Shown here piece after piece: positions 37,621-52,300 of a stretch of 64,000 nt of DNA. The notes beneath the pieces were generated by a model. The model saw only the letters and a list, made by a program, of their open reading frames with translations. It ran no database searches and was not told the DNA's origin. The stretch spans positions 20,430,148-20,494,147 of the forward strand of contig CM119268.1 in NCBI GenBank assembly GCA_051294375.1. The letters run 5' to 3'. Position numbers and translations under genes: made by a program. This DNA comes from Paraspadella gotoi. Its lineage: Eukaryota; Animalia; Chaetognatha. Positions within the stretch are counted from its first letter, which is position 1, and each line of letters begins with the position of its first letter.

Positions 37621-40250
37621 ATCTCTCTCTCTCTCTCTCTCTCTCTCCACGTGACTTTCGCGTGCGACCGAATGCAAATCGTTGGCACCGGCAATAGACG
37701 ATGATTGACGTGTCCTCGTCGTCGTGGTTGTTGTTATTGTTGTTGTTGTTTTCAGTTAATAAATTCACGAAGTAGAACGCGGAGAAAAATAGGTTGGGAG
37801 AAACAAAGAACAAAACATATATTTATTGTATTTATAAAAACTTGGCAGTAGTAATTAAGAGCCTTTCAGAAATAAATACAAATATAAATCCTATTAAACT
37901 TAACATCAATAATTTAAAATTAATACCTTAAAGAATGTCCTGTTTATTTATTATAAAGTTATTATTATATTATAAAGTTCTCCTTTTTTGATGTTTCATT
38001 TGTTTACGATGCCATCTATAAAAGTTTTATGTAACAAAAACTGTAAAAGACTTGGAATATCTACGATTAGGGAAAAACCTTAAAAGATTAAACTTTTAAT
38101 TAATTAACATGTTTAAGCTTTTTCATGTAATCTCTAGATACTAATTGAGTGCTGGTCCTTTGTTGGAGGCTTTCGGAAAATGCGAAACGGACAGGAACGA
38201 TAATTCATCGCAGATTCGGAAAATACATTCAAAGTAAGGAAATCTGATATTTATCCATTGTTGTATAGCAAAATTATTTCAGTAAACTTTATAGCTCCTT
38301 TATTCTTGTTTATCTTATTCGCCTTCTTATAATTTGGTTCCATTAATTAATTGTAAGAAATAAATGAATTTTCTTGTATAACTCTTTATTGGTTGTTGTC
38401 AACCACCCCCCACCTCCCGGACAAATCCATGTGATCCTCCTTTTTTCCTCCTTCAGGTGCAGTACAGTAAATCCGGGAAAGTGGTTGGGAGGCGGAGATC
38501 GAGAACTAACATGTTCGAGCGAAGCCCGTCGCGTCGCAGGCCAAAGGAGAATCAAAACTTTCACGTCTTTTATTATTTACTTCATGTGAGTCCTGATTAA
38601 GATTTGAGATTAATTAAAATTCATTAAATTAAATTTTAGTTTGTTTGCTTTCGTTAGTAGACGGAAAAGCAAAGTTTTTATTTGTTTACAGGGACGGTAA
38701 AGTTTATTTTCCTACATAAACGTTTCTTGTTTTTGGCTCGGTTGTTAAGCCTTCGTCGGTACAAATGAGATTTGTAACAAGATTTGGGGGAAAATTTGAG
38801 AAGAAGGAGGTGAAAATACATATATACTCTTCGTTATTGGCAACTCATATAAAATATGTTATCGTTTACTCATTGTAATATTATTATTGTTTTTATTATT
38901 TAATTCGATTTTGTTTATTAATTTTATTGCAGTAATAAATTTATTGTTGGTGAAATAGACATTATCAATATTCATTATTCAAATTTCTTAAATTTGGTAA
39001 ATTTTTAGTTTGCAATTGAGCGTGTATTGAGAAAATTCTCTTCCTTGGTGGAAGCAGTATATCAAGCTGTTTCCGATTTTTTTGTAGAAATTCAAACACC
39101 GTCGTCGTCGTTCGTCACATTCGTCGTCTCGTCTATCGGTCAGGGTCGCCCTCACCCGAGACTTACGCGGTTCTGCGAACTTGAAAAGGCTGCGGGCAGG
39201 GGCGATGGGGGTTCCGCTGGATTTGAGTCCGTACGAATCTATCAAATATAGTTAAGATATATTTTGTGTCTCTTGGTGGCATTGTTTTTTTTAATTATAA
39301 TCTGCTATATTTATTATCATATATGATTAAAAATTAATCCATTCATTTTGGTGTATTAATATAAAGTTCTATCTTACCTCCTGACTTTGGATCATAGGCC
39401 TTTGCGGTGGTTGTGTAACTAGTCCGCGAGTCACTTAATTACAATTATTTTTCAAGTAACTTTGGAGAAAACATTATTTTTTGCAAACAGTAAGGGTTGA
39501 AATTTTGTTTTCGTTTTAGGGTTTTTTGTTTTATTGACCGTCGTTCTCCTTATCGGAAACGTCAAGTTTTAAAGAGGTAACCGAATTGTTTAAAAAAAAG
39601 TAACAATAGCTGATGTTAATAATATTGTTGATAATGTAAGATATAATTTCTTGTTAAAAAGAAAGCTCGCCGCATCAACGGTCTGGCGTCTGCATTTTCA
39701 AGTTCTGGGCTTTGGGTTGAGGAAATCGAATCCTTACTCAAAATGAAAGAAAGATTCTCTTCTTCAAAGTTTTAAACAGAAAGGTAAAGTTTTCCAAATT
39801 AATACTATTTGGTTTTATTTGTGCTTGCTAATGAAAATAATTATAAAAACGAAGAGCGAGTCCGAAAAAAATTTTCTTTTCTATTTTAACAATATTTGTG
39901 AGTTTAATAATCAATGCTTAGCTGCACATTGTGGAAATGCTGCTTTCATCACTGATGGCATCAAGCAATCATACTTGCATATTGCAGTAATTTAAAAAAA
40001 TTTAGATATTTCTAAAGTTTCATTCGTTCATTAAAAACACTATGTAAAGAAAGCCGCGGATTAAACCTTTCACTGGTTATCAACCAGTCAAAACAAATTT
40101 TTTTTATTTTTTCTTTTGGCATCAATAAATTGGCAGCTGCGGGTTTAGATAGCTGACGACGGAAGATAGATTCCGTAAATATATGATGAGTTTCATCCTC
40201 GATTTTCTAAGAAATAATAATAATAATAATAAAATTAATAATAATAATAA

Positions 40251-40282
<32 letters not shown>

Positions 40283-41713
40283 TAAAAAAAAGTTGTTATT
40301 TCAATTATCGTTTATGCTGTTTAAGTTGTTAACTGTAGGGTTCTTAGATAATTATTGCCCTTAAATACTATCTTTCCTGTTGATTTATCACAATAACAAA
40401 TTACTAATACTAATAGTAATGTTATATTATATTATCAAAACACACACATCTTCCGTAGACGAACTAGCGTGGGCCGGCGAGACCTTGAATTCTTCCTACG
40501 AGATGTCAGAGGCCGTCGCCGCCAGGAACAGTTTTGGCAAAGTTCCGTCTATTCCAGTCCTCTTCGATTGGATCTTGCTGAAAGATCAACAAAGTCTTGC
40601 TGCAGAAGCCAGTTTGCAAACGGAGCGGAGTGAAGTTTAAATCACTATGCATAAAATATCATAACTCAATAATAATTTATCATAAGGTTCGGAGATTAAG
40701 TCATAGACGACCGAAAATGAGTGCATGTGTAATTTTTAAAAAAGGATGCGTTAAGATTAAGTTAATTTTCTTAAGGGTTAAGGATTTGGGGCAACATACT
40801 AGGTATAGAGAAATTGATAAAAAATTTCTTTAGTTTTTATTGTTTAAAATTAAGTTTAAGGATTTTAAAAAAAATAGGATTTCAGAAAATAGTGACCTGA
40901 ACATGGTTTCTCTTAACTTATTTCTTTTTCCTATTTATAATTTTTAACTCTACCTTTTTTCTTTCCTCTTCCGATATTTTTAGTAAAAAGTTATTCCGCT
41001 TCTGCAGATGACGTCTAGTCGGGAATATTGGACATTTCTGGCTTGAGGATTTTGTCAGCGAAATGGATTAAGAACACTTTCTCATTAATTTTGCCAAACG
41101 AAAACTTGCCAGGTTTGAAAATTATTGAAATAAAATTATTCAAATCATTTTACAGCAAAACAATGGTACCCTTTTTCACTGAAAATAAATCGTTGTTTAA
41201 CAATTATTTAAATTTTTGTCTCCAATTGTATTATTAAAGAAAGATTTTTTAAAAGCAATTAAACTTGGAAATTATTTTTCCATTAAAACTATATTATTAT
41301 ATTTACAATTAAACTAAATTACACTAAATTCGAGCATTTCATCACGAACAAGTGTTTCAAATCAAAACAACAAGAGTACGAAAATGGAAAATATTGAGTG
41401 GACGAACATCGTATTTACGAAAGATAACTCTGGTAAATTGTAGCATATTTTTAGTTATTCAATAATCATGACTGCGGAAATACTAGTTGATTATCGCGGT
41501 TTTTCCTTAATATTGCTCATAATCACGTATGTGATTTAATAATTTTTCATATCAGGCTGTTTGAAATTATTTTTGGAGCGTCGCATTGCCTTTTGTCTTT
41601 AATCGAACGAAGCTTGCGTCGCCCCTGGCGGATCCACGATAACCTCGTGCATAAAAATGAACCAAGTTCACGAGGAAAAAAAGAATCGTTACTTTATCGC
41701 TCCTCATACTAAG
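36068..41713 (+). CDS. Myosin heavy chain, motor-domain exons (frameshifted, 3' end missing)
   Basis: Motifs reconstructed across frameshifts: NVRVRQGKIY (~37260), degraded P-loop (~37780), LLEAFG.AKT.RNDNSSRFGKYI (38138-38233), .SRV..Q..NFHVFYYL (38457-38585), GILDISG.E...INFANE.L (41008-41112), QQEYE..IEWTNI.F (41330-41432), L.E.C..PGG (41556-41713). Start codon uncertain; class not assignable. Confidence 0.85.
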
Positions 41714-41876
41714 GTTTAAGTTACCGGAAGCTAAGATTTAAATTTAAAAATTTATAAAGGGTCAAATTAGTTATTTTAATCAAAGGAAACAATATATGTT
41801 GTGAAAAACCGTTATGAACTTCTTCTGCTAACACAACGCGTGAAATATTGTACAATGTTATTGAAATTGGGACAAC

Positions 41877-42878
41877 TATGGTGGACTAAATCCCCAACCG
41901 TCTCAAGGCTAGCGGGCCCATTGGGTTGCGGAGGCAAGTCAATGATTATCGCCTCGCGCAACCGCAAAGGGTCCGGGGGTTCTAGCCCCGGTGGATCGTC
42001 TGGCAGTTCAAGCGTAGGGACAGGGGTTGGCATAACCCGGCTGTAAACATGGTGTTACAGCCTTATCGAAGCACGGAATGCTTAATATTGAACGTTCTGT
42101 CATTAACACTTATCAATAATTACTAATCTCTTCATTGGTGAGCCCGACCTTCTGACACAACAGCAACAACAACGACGAGAGAGTTTTCCAGGAATACACG
42201 AGGTACGATACCGCATGGAACGGAAGGTGGACTACACAGGCCGGATATAGGTTGACTACAGAGCCACGGATTGGGCGACTGAGATCGGACTGCGTTCTAA
42301 GGGGGAATCGCATGTATTAACTATAGAAAGTAGGAGCGAGTGGGGAAATAGGTAACGTCCGCGAGACAGCGATTCATTGATCCTCATGCGCCCCGGACCA
42401 GCAAGCTAGGATAGGACTGTGGCGGTAGTTAAGGGCGAGACAAGAAAGTTAGTTCGAGAGAGAGAGAAGAGAGAAGAAGAGAATAAGAAAAGAGAAGAGA
42501 AGCTAAGGAGGGGCCGGACGAAGAAAGACATTTTGTTTTATGTGATGGGGAATTAATCTTTGGAACGAGAAAGCTCTCTCGAAGGTGTCAGTGCTTCAGA
42601 GATCGTATATTACAATCTCACAAGAAAACAGTTATCGTTCCGACAACAGATGTGCACCGAGTAACGAGAAGTGGCATGAACCGTAAGCTTTGTCACCGAG
42701 GATTTTACCGTCCCGCCATCTCGCGTACCCAGAGTTAGGTGCTGAAATGTAAGGATCAAAACGACGAGGCAAGATTGTGTAGCCGATATCAGAACTGGGG
42801 CCGGAGCCCCGGCCGTGAAAGGGGTTTCAGGGCTTAAGAGTGGAAGACGGAAGGAGCGGCAGCGCAGACCCGGAATGG
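41877..42878 (+). mobile_element. Family A-type LTR (41877-42134) plus PBS plus ~740 bp of different internal sequence; possibly a longer or autonomous element
   Basis: Starts TATGGTGGACTAAA, ends ctcttca, then TGGTGAGCCCGAC. Shares cacaacagcaacaacaac with the TRIM interior and then diverges. tRNA-like and twister parts are degraded. Confidence 0.75.
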
Positions 42879-43144
42879 CTATCTCACTTATTTCTACCAA
42901 GAAAGATTTTTTATGTCACATCTTTTTCTTAATCTTTAACCTTAATGCCTAAAGCTAATCCATTAAACTTAATCCCAAAATCCCTACGAATATAACATAA
43001 TCTTTTAAACTTAAAACCGATTTAAATCCTCAATTTAAGCTGAAGTTGAACGCTTTTTTGGAAAAATATGGCCGCAAATTCCAACAAAGAAAGAGAAAGA
43101 AGGTAGGAAAGAAGAGCGTAAGGAAATAGCAAGGAAGGAAAAAG

Positions 43145-43646
43145 TGGGGGAGGAATGGGGGACTGGTGGTAAATGAAGCTTCTAGAGGTAAGGAATAGTG
43201 GGGGGGAGGAATGGAGGGGCTGGTGGTAAGTGAACTTCTAGAGGGTTAAAAGAATATTGGGGGGAGGAATGGAGGGGCTGGTGGTTAGTGAAGCTTCTAG
43301 AAGGGTTGGAAATATTGGGGAGGAATGGGAGGGCTGGTGGTAAGTGAAGCTTCTAGAGGGTAAGGAATGTGGGGGGAGGAATGGAGGGCTGGTGGTAAGT
43401 GAAGCTTCTAGAGGGTAAGGAATAGTGGAGGGGGGGAAAATGGGGGACTGGTGTAATGAAGCTCTAGAGGGTAAGGAATATTGGGGGGAGGAATGGAGGG
43501 CTGGTGGTAAGTGAAGATTCTAGAGGGTTAGGAATATTGGGGGGAGGAATGGAGGGCTGGTGGTAAGTGAAGCTTCTAGAGGGTAAGGATAGTGGGGGGG
43601 AGGAATGGAAGGGCTGGGTGGGTAAGTGAAGCTTCTCGAGGGTAAG
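43145..43646. repeat. ~56-bp G-rich minisatellite
   Basis: ggagggctggtggtaagtgaagcttctagagggtaaggaatagtggggggaggaat units; complement at 49207-49318 and 61870-62365. Confidence 0.9.
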
Positions 43647-44407
43647 GTTCGAAGATTTTTTCTTTAATCCTTTGAGTTCGATTTCGCGAATGTCCGGGTT
43701 AATGCGGGTCAAAGGTCACGGGTTCGCGATGGGAGGGATAAGCGGCTGAAGGGAGTCGTGGATCAGGAAGGGTGAGGCAGGGTAAGGGACGAAAGAGGAC
43801 GAGAGGGTCATGATGATCGGAAAGTGAAAAAAGTGGTTTGAGGGGATGACATTGGCAAAGCGGGCATAAAGGGTCCAGAGATAAAGCCTGGAAATGGTAC
43901 ACCGGAGATTAGAAAAAAAAAAAACGGAATTTCATTTTGGAGGAAAATATTTATTAAAGACAACGTTATAAAAAGTTTTAAAAATAAGAGGGACAGGGAT
44001 TTAAAGAAGAACGCGCTGCTTAAATTGATGATCAATTATCGAATATTAATTTATTAATTAGCTACTAATTTCTTTTATTAACTCAAATTTACAATTTTTA
44101 CATTGTCAATGTTTCTTGATGCTATAACTTTACCTAGCTTTTTATTGTTTGTAAATTGTTTGTAAATTAAGCAAAAAAAAAAAATTGACAGGACTCGAAA
44201 CAAAAGTGGAATGAACAAACGGGAAAGGGGTGAGTGAAAGAGAGGCAAAGACAGAAAGGTGAGAGGTGAAAGGTGAGAGGTGAGAGGTGAAGAGGTTTGA
44301 GAGGTGAGAGGTGAGGGTCAAGCGTCGAAATCCGTCGATGAATGAGCGGAGATTTCAATGTCGCCATCGCGTTGATGGTAAGTTAAGAGTTGATGGGAAT
44401 TAGGGGA

Positions 44408-44945
44408 GGGTAAGGCCGTGAAAGTGAGTAGGGCAGTGCAAGTGGGTAAGGCCGTGAAGTGGGTAAGCGCAGTTGCAGTGGTAAGGCCGTGAAGTGAGTA
44501 GGCAGTGCAGTGGGTAAGGCCGTGAAGTGGTAAGGCAAGTGCAGTGGGTAATGGCCGTGAAAGTGGGTTAAGGCCAGTTGCAGTGGGTAAGGCCGTGAAG
44601 TGGGTAAGGCCAGTGCAGTGGTAAAGGCGTGATAGTGGGTTTAAGGCAGTGAGTGGGTAAGGCCGTGAAGTGAGTAAGGCAGTGGCAGTGGGTAAGGCAC
44701 GTGAAGTTGGGTAAGGCAGTGCAGTGGGTGGGCCGTGAAGTGGGTAAGGCAGTGGCAGTGGGTAAGGCCCGTGAAGTGACTAAGGCAGTGCAGTGGGGTA
44801 AGGCCGTGAAGTTGGGGTAGGAGTGTCAGTGGGTAAGGCGTGAAGTGGGTAAGGCAGTGCAGTGGGTAGGCCCGTGAAGGTGGGTAAGGCAGTTGCAAGT
44901 GGGTAAGAGCCCGTGAAGTGGGTAAGGCCGTGAAGTGGGTAAGGT
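44408..44945. repeat. 17/34-bp minisatellite (gtgggtaaggccgtgaa / gtgggtaaggcagtgca)
   Basis: Alternating 17-mers; complement at 60500-61125 and 48423-48462. Confidence 0.9.
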
Positions 44946-47900
44946 CAAAGGTTAGCGAAAGAGAAAAAGTGAGGTAGAACTTTCTCATTGATAGGGCCAA
45001 CTCCAGAGATAATATAAATTTCGACTATTAGCAAAGTACTTTTAGTTGTCTTGAACTAAATATTTAAACAATCATTTTCCAAAAAAAAATTTATATTATT
45101 AACGTCTTGATTAATACATTAAAATATTCTTGTCTTTTTTAAATATTATAAAAAATTTTTTTAGAAATCTTAAAAGTTTTTGATGGATTCTGATAGAAGC
45201 ATTAAAAGTTAAATAAGAATTATAATTACAGTGCTTTTTAAAAATTCTTACGGTTTTCTTCTATGTGAAAAATAAAAAAACTGATAAAATCATCGAAAAG
45301 AATGATGAAGTGATGATGATTTTTTACGGTTTTCTTATTTTTGACTTGTCACTTATCATGAAAATATTTAGATAAGATTATACTTTTGTGTAGACCAACT
45401 TTTTTATGAGCTATCTGAATCTGGTCTTTACAAATTTAAAATTATCAAAAAAATTTGGGCCTTTCCCTATTTATAAATAATATTAAAAAATTAATTATTT
45501 TGGGTTATAGAGCACATAAAGAAATGTTTTGTCCATCTGAACAGTATAGCTTAAAAATGTATAAATTTCGTTTGAGCATATAATCATTCTCAAGTTTTTG
45601 CATTCACTCCATTGAGTGGGGTTAAACCGCCTAATCATTGAATTTTTGTTCGAACGTCCGAGAATTTTAAACGGACGACGACGACAACGACGACATCAAA
45701 AACCGACGACGAAATAGAACACATCAGAAAACGAGACGAGAAATGACCAAAAAAACTATATTTAAAAATAAAGAAATAAAAATAGATAATGACACAGACT
45801 TTTAAATGCTCAAATGGAAAGAAAAATCTTCAAATGAGAATAAAGGACTGAAAGGAAAGGAAGGGGGGGGCGGCGGGAGCTCACGCAGGGGGGGGATCTT
45901 GAATCAGCGCTCGATCCGGCTCTACGCTGAACTATACCCCATATCATGAGATGAGATTTCATTTGTTTTGGCCAAGAAGAGACGAAGAACAGAGAATTAA
46001 ATCAAATTAAAATCAAAATGAAACAAATTTACATAATTTTTATACTAAATAATTCGTTTTCGGCAAACAAATCATTTTTTTTTATTGATTTTAATAATAT
46101 TCCAAGGAATAATAAATGTAATTGTAATTAAACAAGAGACGTCACATTTTAAACAATCACCAATTTCTCACATTTGAAAATAATTTCTTTACGAATTTCT
46201 TCGTTCCATTTTCTCTTTTCCATTGAATTTTTCACCAAATATACTTCAAATTTTGCGAGAAATTGAATTTCCGTTCTTCTGGACGTCGTTTGTCGTTGTT
46301 GTTGTCGTTGTCATCGTGTCGCCGTTGTCCTTATCGCCTTGTCGTCGTCGTTGTCGTTGTTGTTGTCCGTTGTATTCGTTGTCGCCGTTGTCATCAATCG
46401 TCGTTGTCGTCGTCGAGTCCCTTGACACATCGGAGCGAAAGCGATGATTCGGTTCACCTAAAAAAAAAATCGTCCCTGAGGAAATGAATGCTCTGTCTCT
46501 ATTTCACTTCTTTTTCGCGCGGGACCCGTCTGTCCTCTGTCTCTCTCTCTCTTTTCTGATCACTTTTAAATCTTCCTCTCTTGTTAATCTTCCCATCATC
46601 ATTTTTTGCACACACTCAACACTCTCTCTCTCTCTCTCCTCTCTCTCTCTTCATTCTCTCTCTCTCGTCTCTGCTCTCTCTCATCTCTCTCTCTCTCCTC
46701 TCGTCAGGCCCTCCCCCCATCAAAGTGATCAGAAAAGAGAGAGAGAGACAGAGACAGACGGGTCCCGCGCGAAAAAGAGTGAAATAGAGACAGAGTCATC
46801 ATTCTCCTCAGGGACGATTTTTTTTTTTAGGTGAACCGAATCATCGCTTCGCTCCGGATGTGTCAAGGACTCGACGACGACAACGACGATGAAGACAACG
46901 GCGACAACGATGACAACGACAACAACAACGACAACGACGACGACAACGGCGATAAGGACAACGGCGACAACGATGACAACGACAACAACAACGACAACGA
47001 CGTCCAGAAGAACGAAATCAAATTTCTCGCAAAATTTGAAGATTTGGTGAAATTCATGGAAAGAGAAATGGAAACGAAGAAATTGTAAAGAAATTATTTC
47101 AAATGTGAGAAATTGGTGATTGTAAAATGTGACGTCTCTTGGTTTAATTACAATTACATTTATTATTCCTTGGAAATTATATTAAAATCAAATAAAAAAA
47201 AATGATTTGTTTGCCGAAAACGAATTATTTTTAGTATTTAAAATTATGTAAATTTGTTTTCATTTGATTTTAATTTGAGTTTAATTTCTCTGTCTTCGTC
47301 TCTTCTGCCAAACAATAAATCTCATCTCATGATATGGGGTTATAGTTCAGCGGTAGAGCGATCGAGCGCTGATCAAAATCCCCCTGGTGAGCTCCCTCCT
47401 TTTCCTTTTCAGTCTTTATCTCATTTGAAGATTTTTTCGTTTCCATTTGAGCATTTAAAGTCTGGTCATTATCTATTTTTATTTCTTTATTTTTAAATAT
47501 TAGTTTTTTGTCATTCTCGTCTTCGTTTCTGATGTTGTCTATTTTCGTCGTCGGTTTTTGATGTCGTCGTTGTCGTCGTCGTCGTTAAAATTCCTCGACG
47601 TCGAACAAAAGATCAATGATAGGGGTAACCCCACTCAATGGAGTGAATCAAAAATNNNNNNNNNNNNNNNNNNNNNNNNNNNNNNNNNNNNNNNNNNNNN
47701 NNNNNNNNNNNNNNNNNNNNNNNNNNNNNNNNNNNNNNNNNNNNNNNNNNNNNNNNNNNNNNNNNNNNNNNNNNNNNNNNNNNNNNNNNNNNNNNNNNNN
47801 NNNNNNNNNNNNNNNNNNNNNNNNNNNNNNNNNNNNNNNNNNNNNNNNNNNNNNNNNNNNNNNNNNNNNNNNNNNNNNNNNNNNNNNNNNNNNNNNNNNN

Positions 47901-49319
47901 NNNNNNNNNNNNNNNNNNNNNNNNNNNNNNNNNNNNNNNNNNNNNNNNNNNNNNNNNNNNNNNNNNNNNNNNNNNNNNNNNNNNNNNNNNNNNNNNNNNN
48001 NNNNNNNNNNNNNNNNNNNNNNNNNNNNNNNNNNNNNNNNNNNNNNNNNNNNNNNNNNNNNNNNNNNNNNNNNNNNNNNNNNNNNNNNNNNNNNNNNNNN
48101 NNNNNNNNNNNNNNNNNNNNNNNNNNNNNNNNNNNNNNNNNNNNNNNNNNNNNNNNNNNNNNNNNNNNNNNNNNNNNNNNNNNNNNNNNNNNNNNNNNNN
48201 NNNNNNNNNNNNNNNNNNNNNNNNNNNNNNNNNNNNNNNNNNNNNNNNNNNNNNNNNNNNNNNNNNNNNNNNNNNNNNNNNNNNNNNNNNNNNNNNNNNN
48301 NNNNNNNNNNNNNNNNNNNNNNNNNNNNNNNNNNNNNNNNNNNNNNNNNNNNNNNNNNNNNNNNNNNNNNNNNNNNNNNNNNNNNNNNNNNNNNNNNNNN
48401 NNNNNNNNNNNNNNNNNNNNNNTTACCCACTGCACTGCCTTACTCACTTCACGGCCTTACCCTCCCTAATTCCCATCAGACTCTTAACTTACCATCAACG
48501 CGATGGCGACATTGAATCTCCGCTCATCATCGACGGATTCGACGCTTGACCCTCACCTCTCACCTCTCACCTCTCACCTCTCACCTCTCACCTTTCACCT
48601 CTCACCTTTCTGTCTTTGTCTCTCTTTCACTCACCCCTTTCCCGTTTTGTTGTCATTCCACGTTTGTCTCGAGTCCTTGTCAATTTTTTTTTTTCGCTTA
48701 ATTTTACAAACAATTTTACAAACAATAAAAGCTAGGTAAAGTATTAGCATCAAGAAACATGACAATGTAAAATGTAAATGAGTTAATGAGAAATTAGTAG
48801 CTAATTAATAAATTAATATTCGATAATTGATCATCAATTTAAGCAGCGCGTTCTTCTTTAAATCCTCTGTCCCTCTTATTTTTAAAACTTTTATAACGTG
48901 TCTTTTAATAAATAATTTTCCTCCAAAATGAAATCCGTTTTTTTTCTAATCTCGGTGTCCATTTCCAGGCTTTATCTCTGACCCTTTTGCCCGCTTTGCC
49001 AATGTCATCCCCTCAAACCCACTTTTTTCACTTTCCGATCATCATGACCCTCTCGTCCTCTTTCGTCCCTTACCCTGCCTCACCCTTCCTGATCCACGAC
49101 TCCTTCAGCCGCTTTATCCCTCCCATCGCGAACCCGTGACCTTTGACCCGCATTAACCCGACATCGCGAAATCGAAACTCAAAGGATTAAAGAACAAAAT
49201 TCGAACCTTACCCTCGAGAAGCTTCACTTACCACCAGCCCTCCATTCCTCCCCCCACTATTCCTTACCCTCTAGAAGCTTCACTTACCACCAGCCCTCCA
49301 TTCCTCCCCCCAATATTCC

Positions 49320-52300
49320 GGTGTCTATGCTGATGGCAGGGTGGAAACCTAGGCCAAGTGGCCCGACTACATGGCCCCCCAGATTGTAACCCACCCTTGA
49401 CACTGCTTTCCAGTGGAGGGAGGGGAGCAATCTTCAGCACGTCCATGGGCCTGGAATCAGAAGGTTTGGAATACGCTCGACAGGATGGCTCACCCAGTGT
49501 TGGAAAGGCACTAAGGGGCCTGAAGATGACTATTCCGTAAACTTCTATAACCCCCTTAGTAGCCATGTGAAAACAGGTCCTGGGCTTGGGGAACCAGGCC
49601 TGAGGGTTTTTGCCGGCACCCCAAGCGGCCTTACGGCCGTCCTCACGCTTCCCGCAGGGTAGGGTACCGGGTTGCGGATTGAACCCGGTACCTAGTGGTC
49701 ATAGCTGATGGCTTTACTCAATGAGCCAACAGCGTCAGGACTGAAGGTGTCATGGCTTATAGCGGCGGTGAACCTTAGGCAATGCCCGACTACAATATAA
49801 CAGTAATTTCATCAGGAAACATATGATAAATAATTTATTTTCGCAAAAAAATAAAAATTATTAGTTGTTATAAAAATGAGGATTTTAATTAATGCTAGAA
49901 AAAAACACATAATCCAATCAAGTTCAATAGTAGTTAATACGTCAAAAAAACATTATGAAAATGGTACAACCAATATAAAAAATATCCATTCATTTAATAA
50001 ATAAAGCTATCTTTGCCCCTGACTTTGGAACAGGCTTGGTGGTTTTAAGGCCTCCATCACTCTTACAGATAATTACACAGCAGGTCCCTGCAAGGCTTTT
50101 CAATCAAGACTCTCTGACAGTCCCGTTTATTCACTTTCCCAGAGCGTACTTGGCTTCCCTATGTGTTTCAGGCCAAAACAGGCCATTTTATCTTCCCTCC
50201 CTCGATTATGTTTTCAGGCCAAAAACATTGCCATTTTTACCTCGTACCCTATAATTTCACTCAGGCCAAAAACAGGCCAAACAATAATGATAGTCCCGTC
50301 CACCTTCGCCGAAGACGTCAAAGAAATCCGCCGCCGCAACGCGCTCCGCTGCCGCGATGCCTGACAATAGCGCAGAGGTGAGACAGGGGGCGCCGACTCT
50401 GACCGAGAAACTTCGAACATCAGGTGAGTTAACGGAAAAATTTTGGTGAAGTAGCGACTGGAATTGATTGGTCCTCATTGGTTGAAATGAGAATTAATAT
50501 CTATAAACAAATTAAAAAAACAAAAAATGATTATACTGTGGTGGTATATTTCACAACCACCTCACGTCCACGATCGTTCAGCCAAATTACCATTGGCCTC
50601 AGAGGGGGAAACACACCATCACAGCGGTTGTGTTCCATCCACCATCCTAACGATTTCCCTCTGCGCTTGGGACAAAGGGAGCGGTCGGAAAGCCCCAAAA
50701 GCCAACAGTGAGATGCCCCTTACCAAATGGCAATCACAGGCAACCCGGCTGTTGCCATAAATACATGAAGAAAAAAAAATTTGTCCAGCTGTTTCAGCAT
50801 TTTAAATGTAAAAATTAAAAAATAAATTATAAATATCAAGAAACTTTAGCCTTTTGTAATTTCATATGGGCTGATCTCATTTATGCTATAATAAAAAATA
50901 CAAGAGTTCGATGCAAAAAACAAATGAAATTGCCGAGAAAAAATACTTCTTTGTTTTTTTATCGTTTTTCATTATCTATAAGTTTTTATTTATTTACTAA
51001 TTTTTTTCAGGTTTATTGTCAAATGGTTATTGCATCCATCTTTATTAGGATAGATTCCAAAGGTAAATATTAATTCATATGTAAAATAAAAAGTCGGTAT
51101 TCAAATATATTGATGCTGTAACTGCTCCAAAATATTTTTTTATATTATAAAGTATCAATAAAAGTTATAAGGCTCCTTTTGTAAATAAAATTATCATTTT
51201 TTTATTTACCTCTGGATGTATTATCAAAACCAAATATCTAACAAGATCCAAAAAAAAATCAAAAAGATTTGTTGAAGTGAAAGATAATATTATTATCACA
51301 TTATTTACAGCAACAAACTCGAGCCTAGTTTTACTTTATTAAAGGATCAATCTTTTTTTTACTGTTTGCCAAAGATAATTTTTTTACAAAAACTTCTGAT
51401 AAAAAATATTATTGAAATTGGTATAACCATAAAAAATTATCCATTCAATTAAAAAAAGCATATCTTGCCCCTTGATTTTGCGACAGGGCTTTGGTGGTTT
51501 AAGGCCTCCATCACTGTCTTACAAGATAATGACATGCAAGGCTTTCAATTAAGGAATCTCTTACAGTCTAGTTTATTCACTCCTAAAGTTCCTGACTTCC
51601 TTATCGATGAAGTGGTTCTATTAATATTTCAAAGTAAGTTTTGAATTGTATGAAAGACTACTCCTTAAGGAATAGATCGGGGAATACTATATTATACTCC
51701 GCCCAGCGATAAAATACAAGGAGCTGGCAATTTTATGAAATTTGATTACAACCAAAATTAAAAATTATCTATTCATTAATAAATAAAGTTTTCTTACCCC
51801 TGACTTTTGGTGGTTTAAGGCCTCCATCACTCTTACAAGATAATAGACATAAGCAGGTCCCGTAAAAAAACTCTTAGAGGATATAATATTAATGATAATA
51901 TAATATCTTGATCAAAAAAAGGTAAAAACAGTTAGAGACAACCTTCTTTTGGAAGTATCGTTATGCATTTAAATAATTTTGTGCTATTAAGAAATAATCT
52001 TCTTATCAGTCTTAGGGAAATTATATTTATATATTAAAACTTCATTTATTTGGCAAAAATACAATTTTAACAACTGGCACAAAATCTAACATCACACTTT
52101 TCCAAACCGCGACAATTTTTTTTCCATTCATGGTAGATAACGCTAAATAAGACCCAAAACGAGACTATGAAAAATTACTAATTAATTTTAACATAAATGC
52201 AAGTTCATTCGTAAGTTAGTTTCAAAATCCTCTAAAATTCAGACTAAAACCGATCCACTTGCATAATGTGAGTGTATTCACAAGGCAAGACTTTAAACAG

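Larger units (their letters stand above)
42879..49320. other. Inverted (42879-46720) and direct (46720-49320) re-copies of 58808-62635
   Basis: Same sequence three times with independent scattered indels; fold-back point near 46720. Confidence 0.8.

Noticed and set aside
32325-41713. Septin and myosin as pseudogenes or programmed frameshifting
   Set aside because: Indel density is equally high in neighbouring repeats, so sequencing error is the simpler explanation.
43464-45000. Pro/His-rich ORFs on the minus strand
   Set aside because: Derived from minisatellites; no recognisable protein family and frames are not conserved between copies.
47336-47390. tRNA-like start ggggttatagttcagcggtagagcg (also ~45900 and ~59540)
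   Set aside because: Only the D-arm region resembles tRNA; no cloverleaf, and sequence quality is low. Perhaps a SINE relic.
45600-47655. Giant biological palindrome
   Set aside because: Part of a threefold re-copy with independent indels; more consistent with a fold-back read artefact.
47558-48515. ORFs of 260-303 aa
   Set aside because: They span an N gap.
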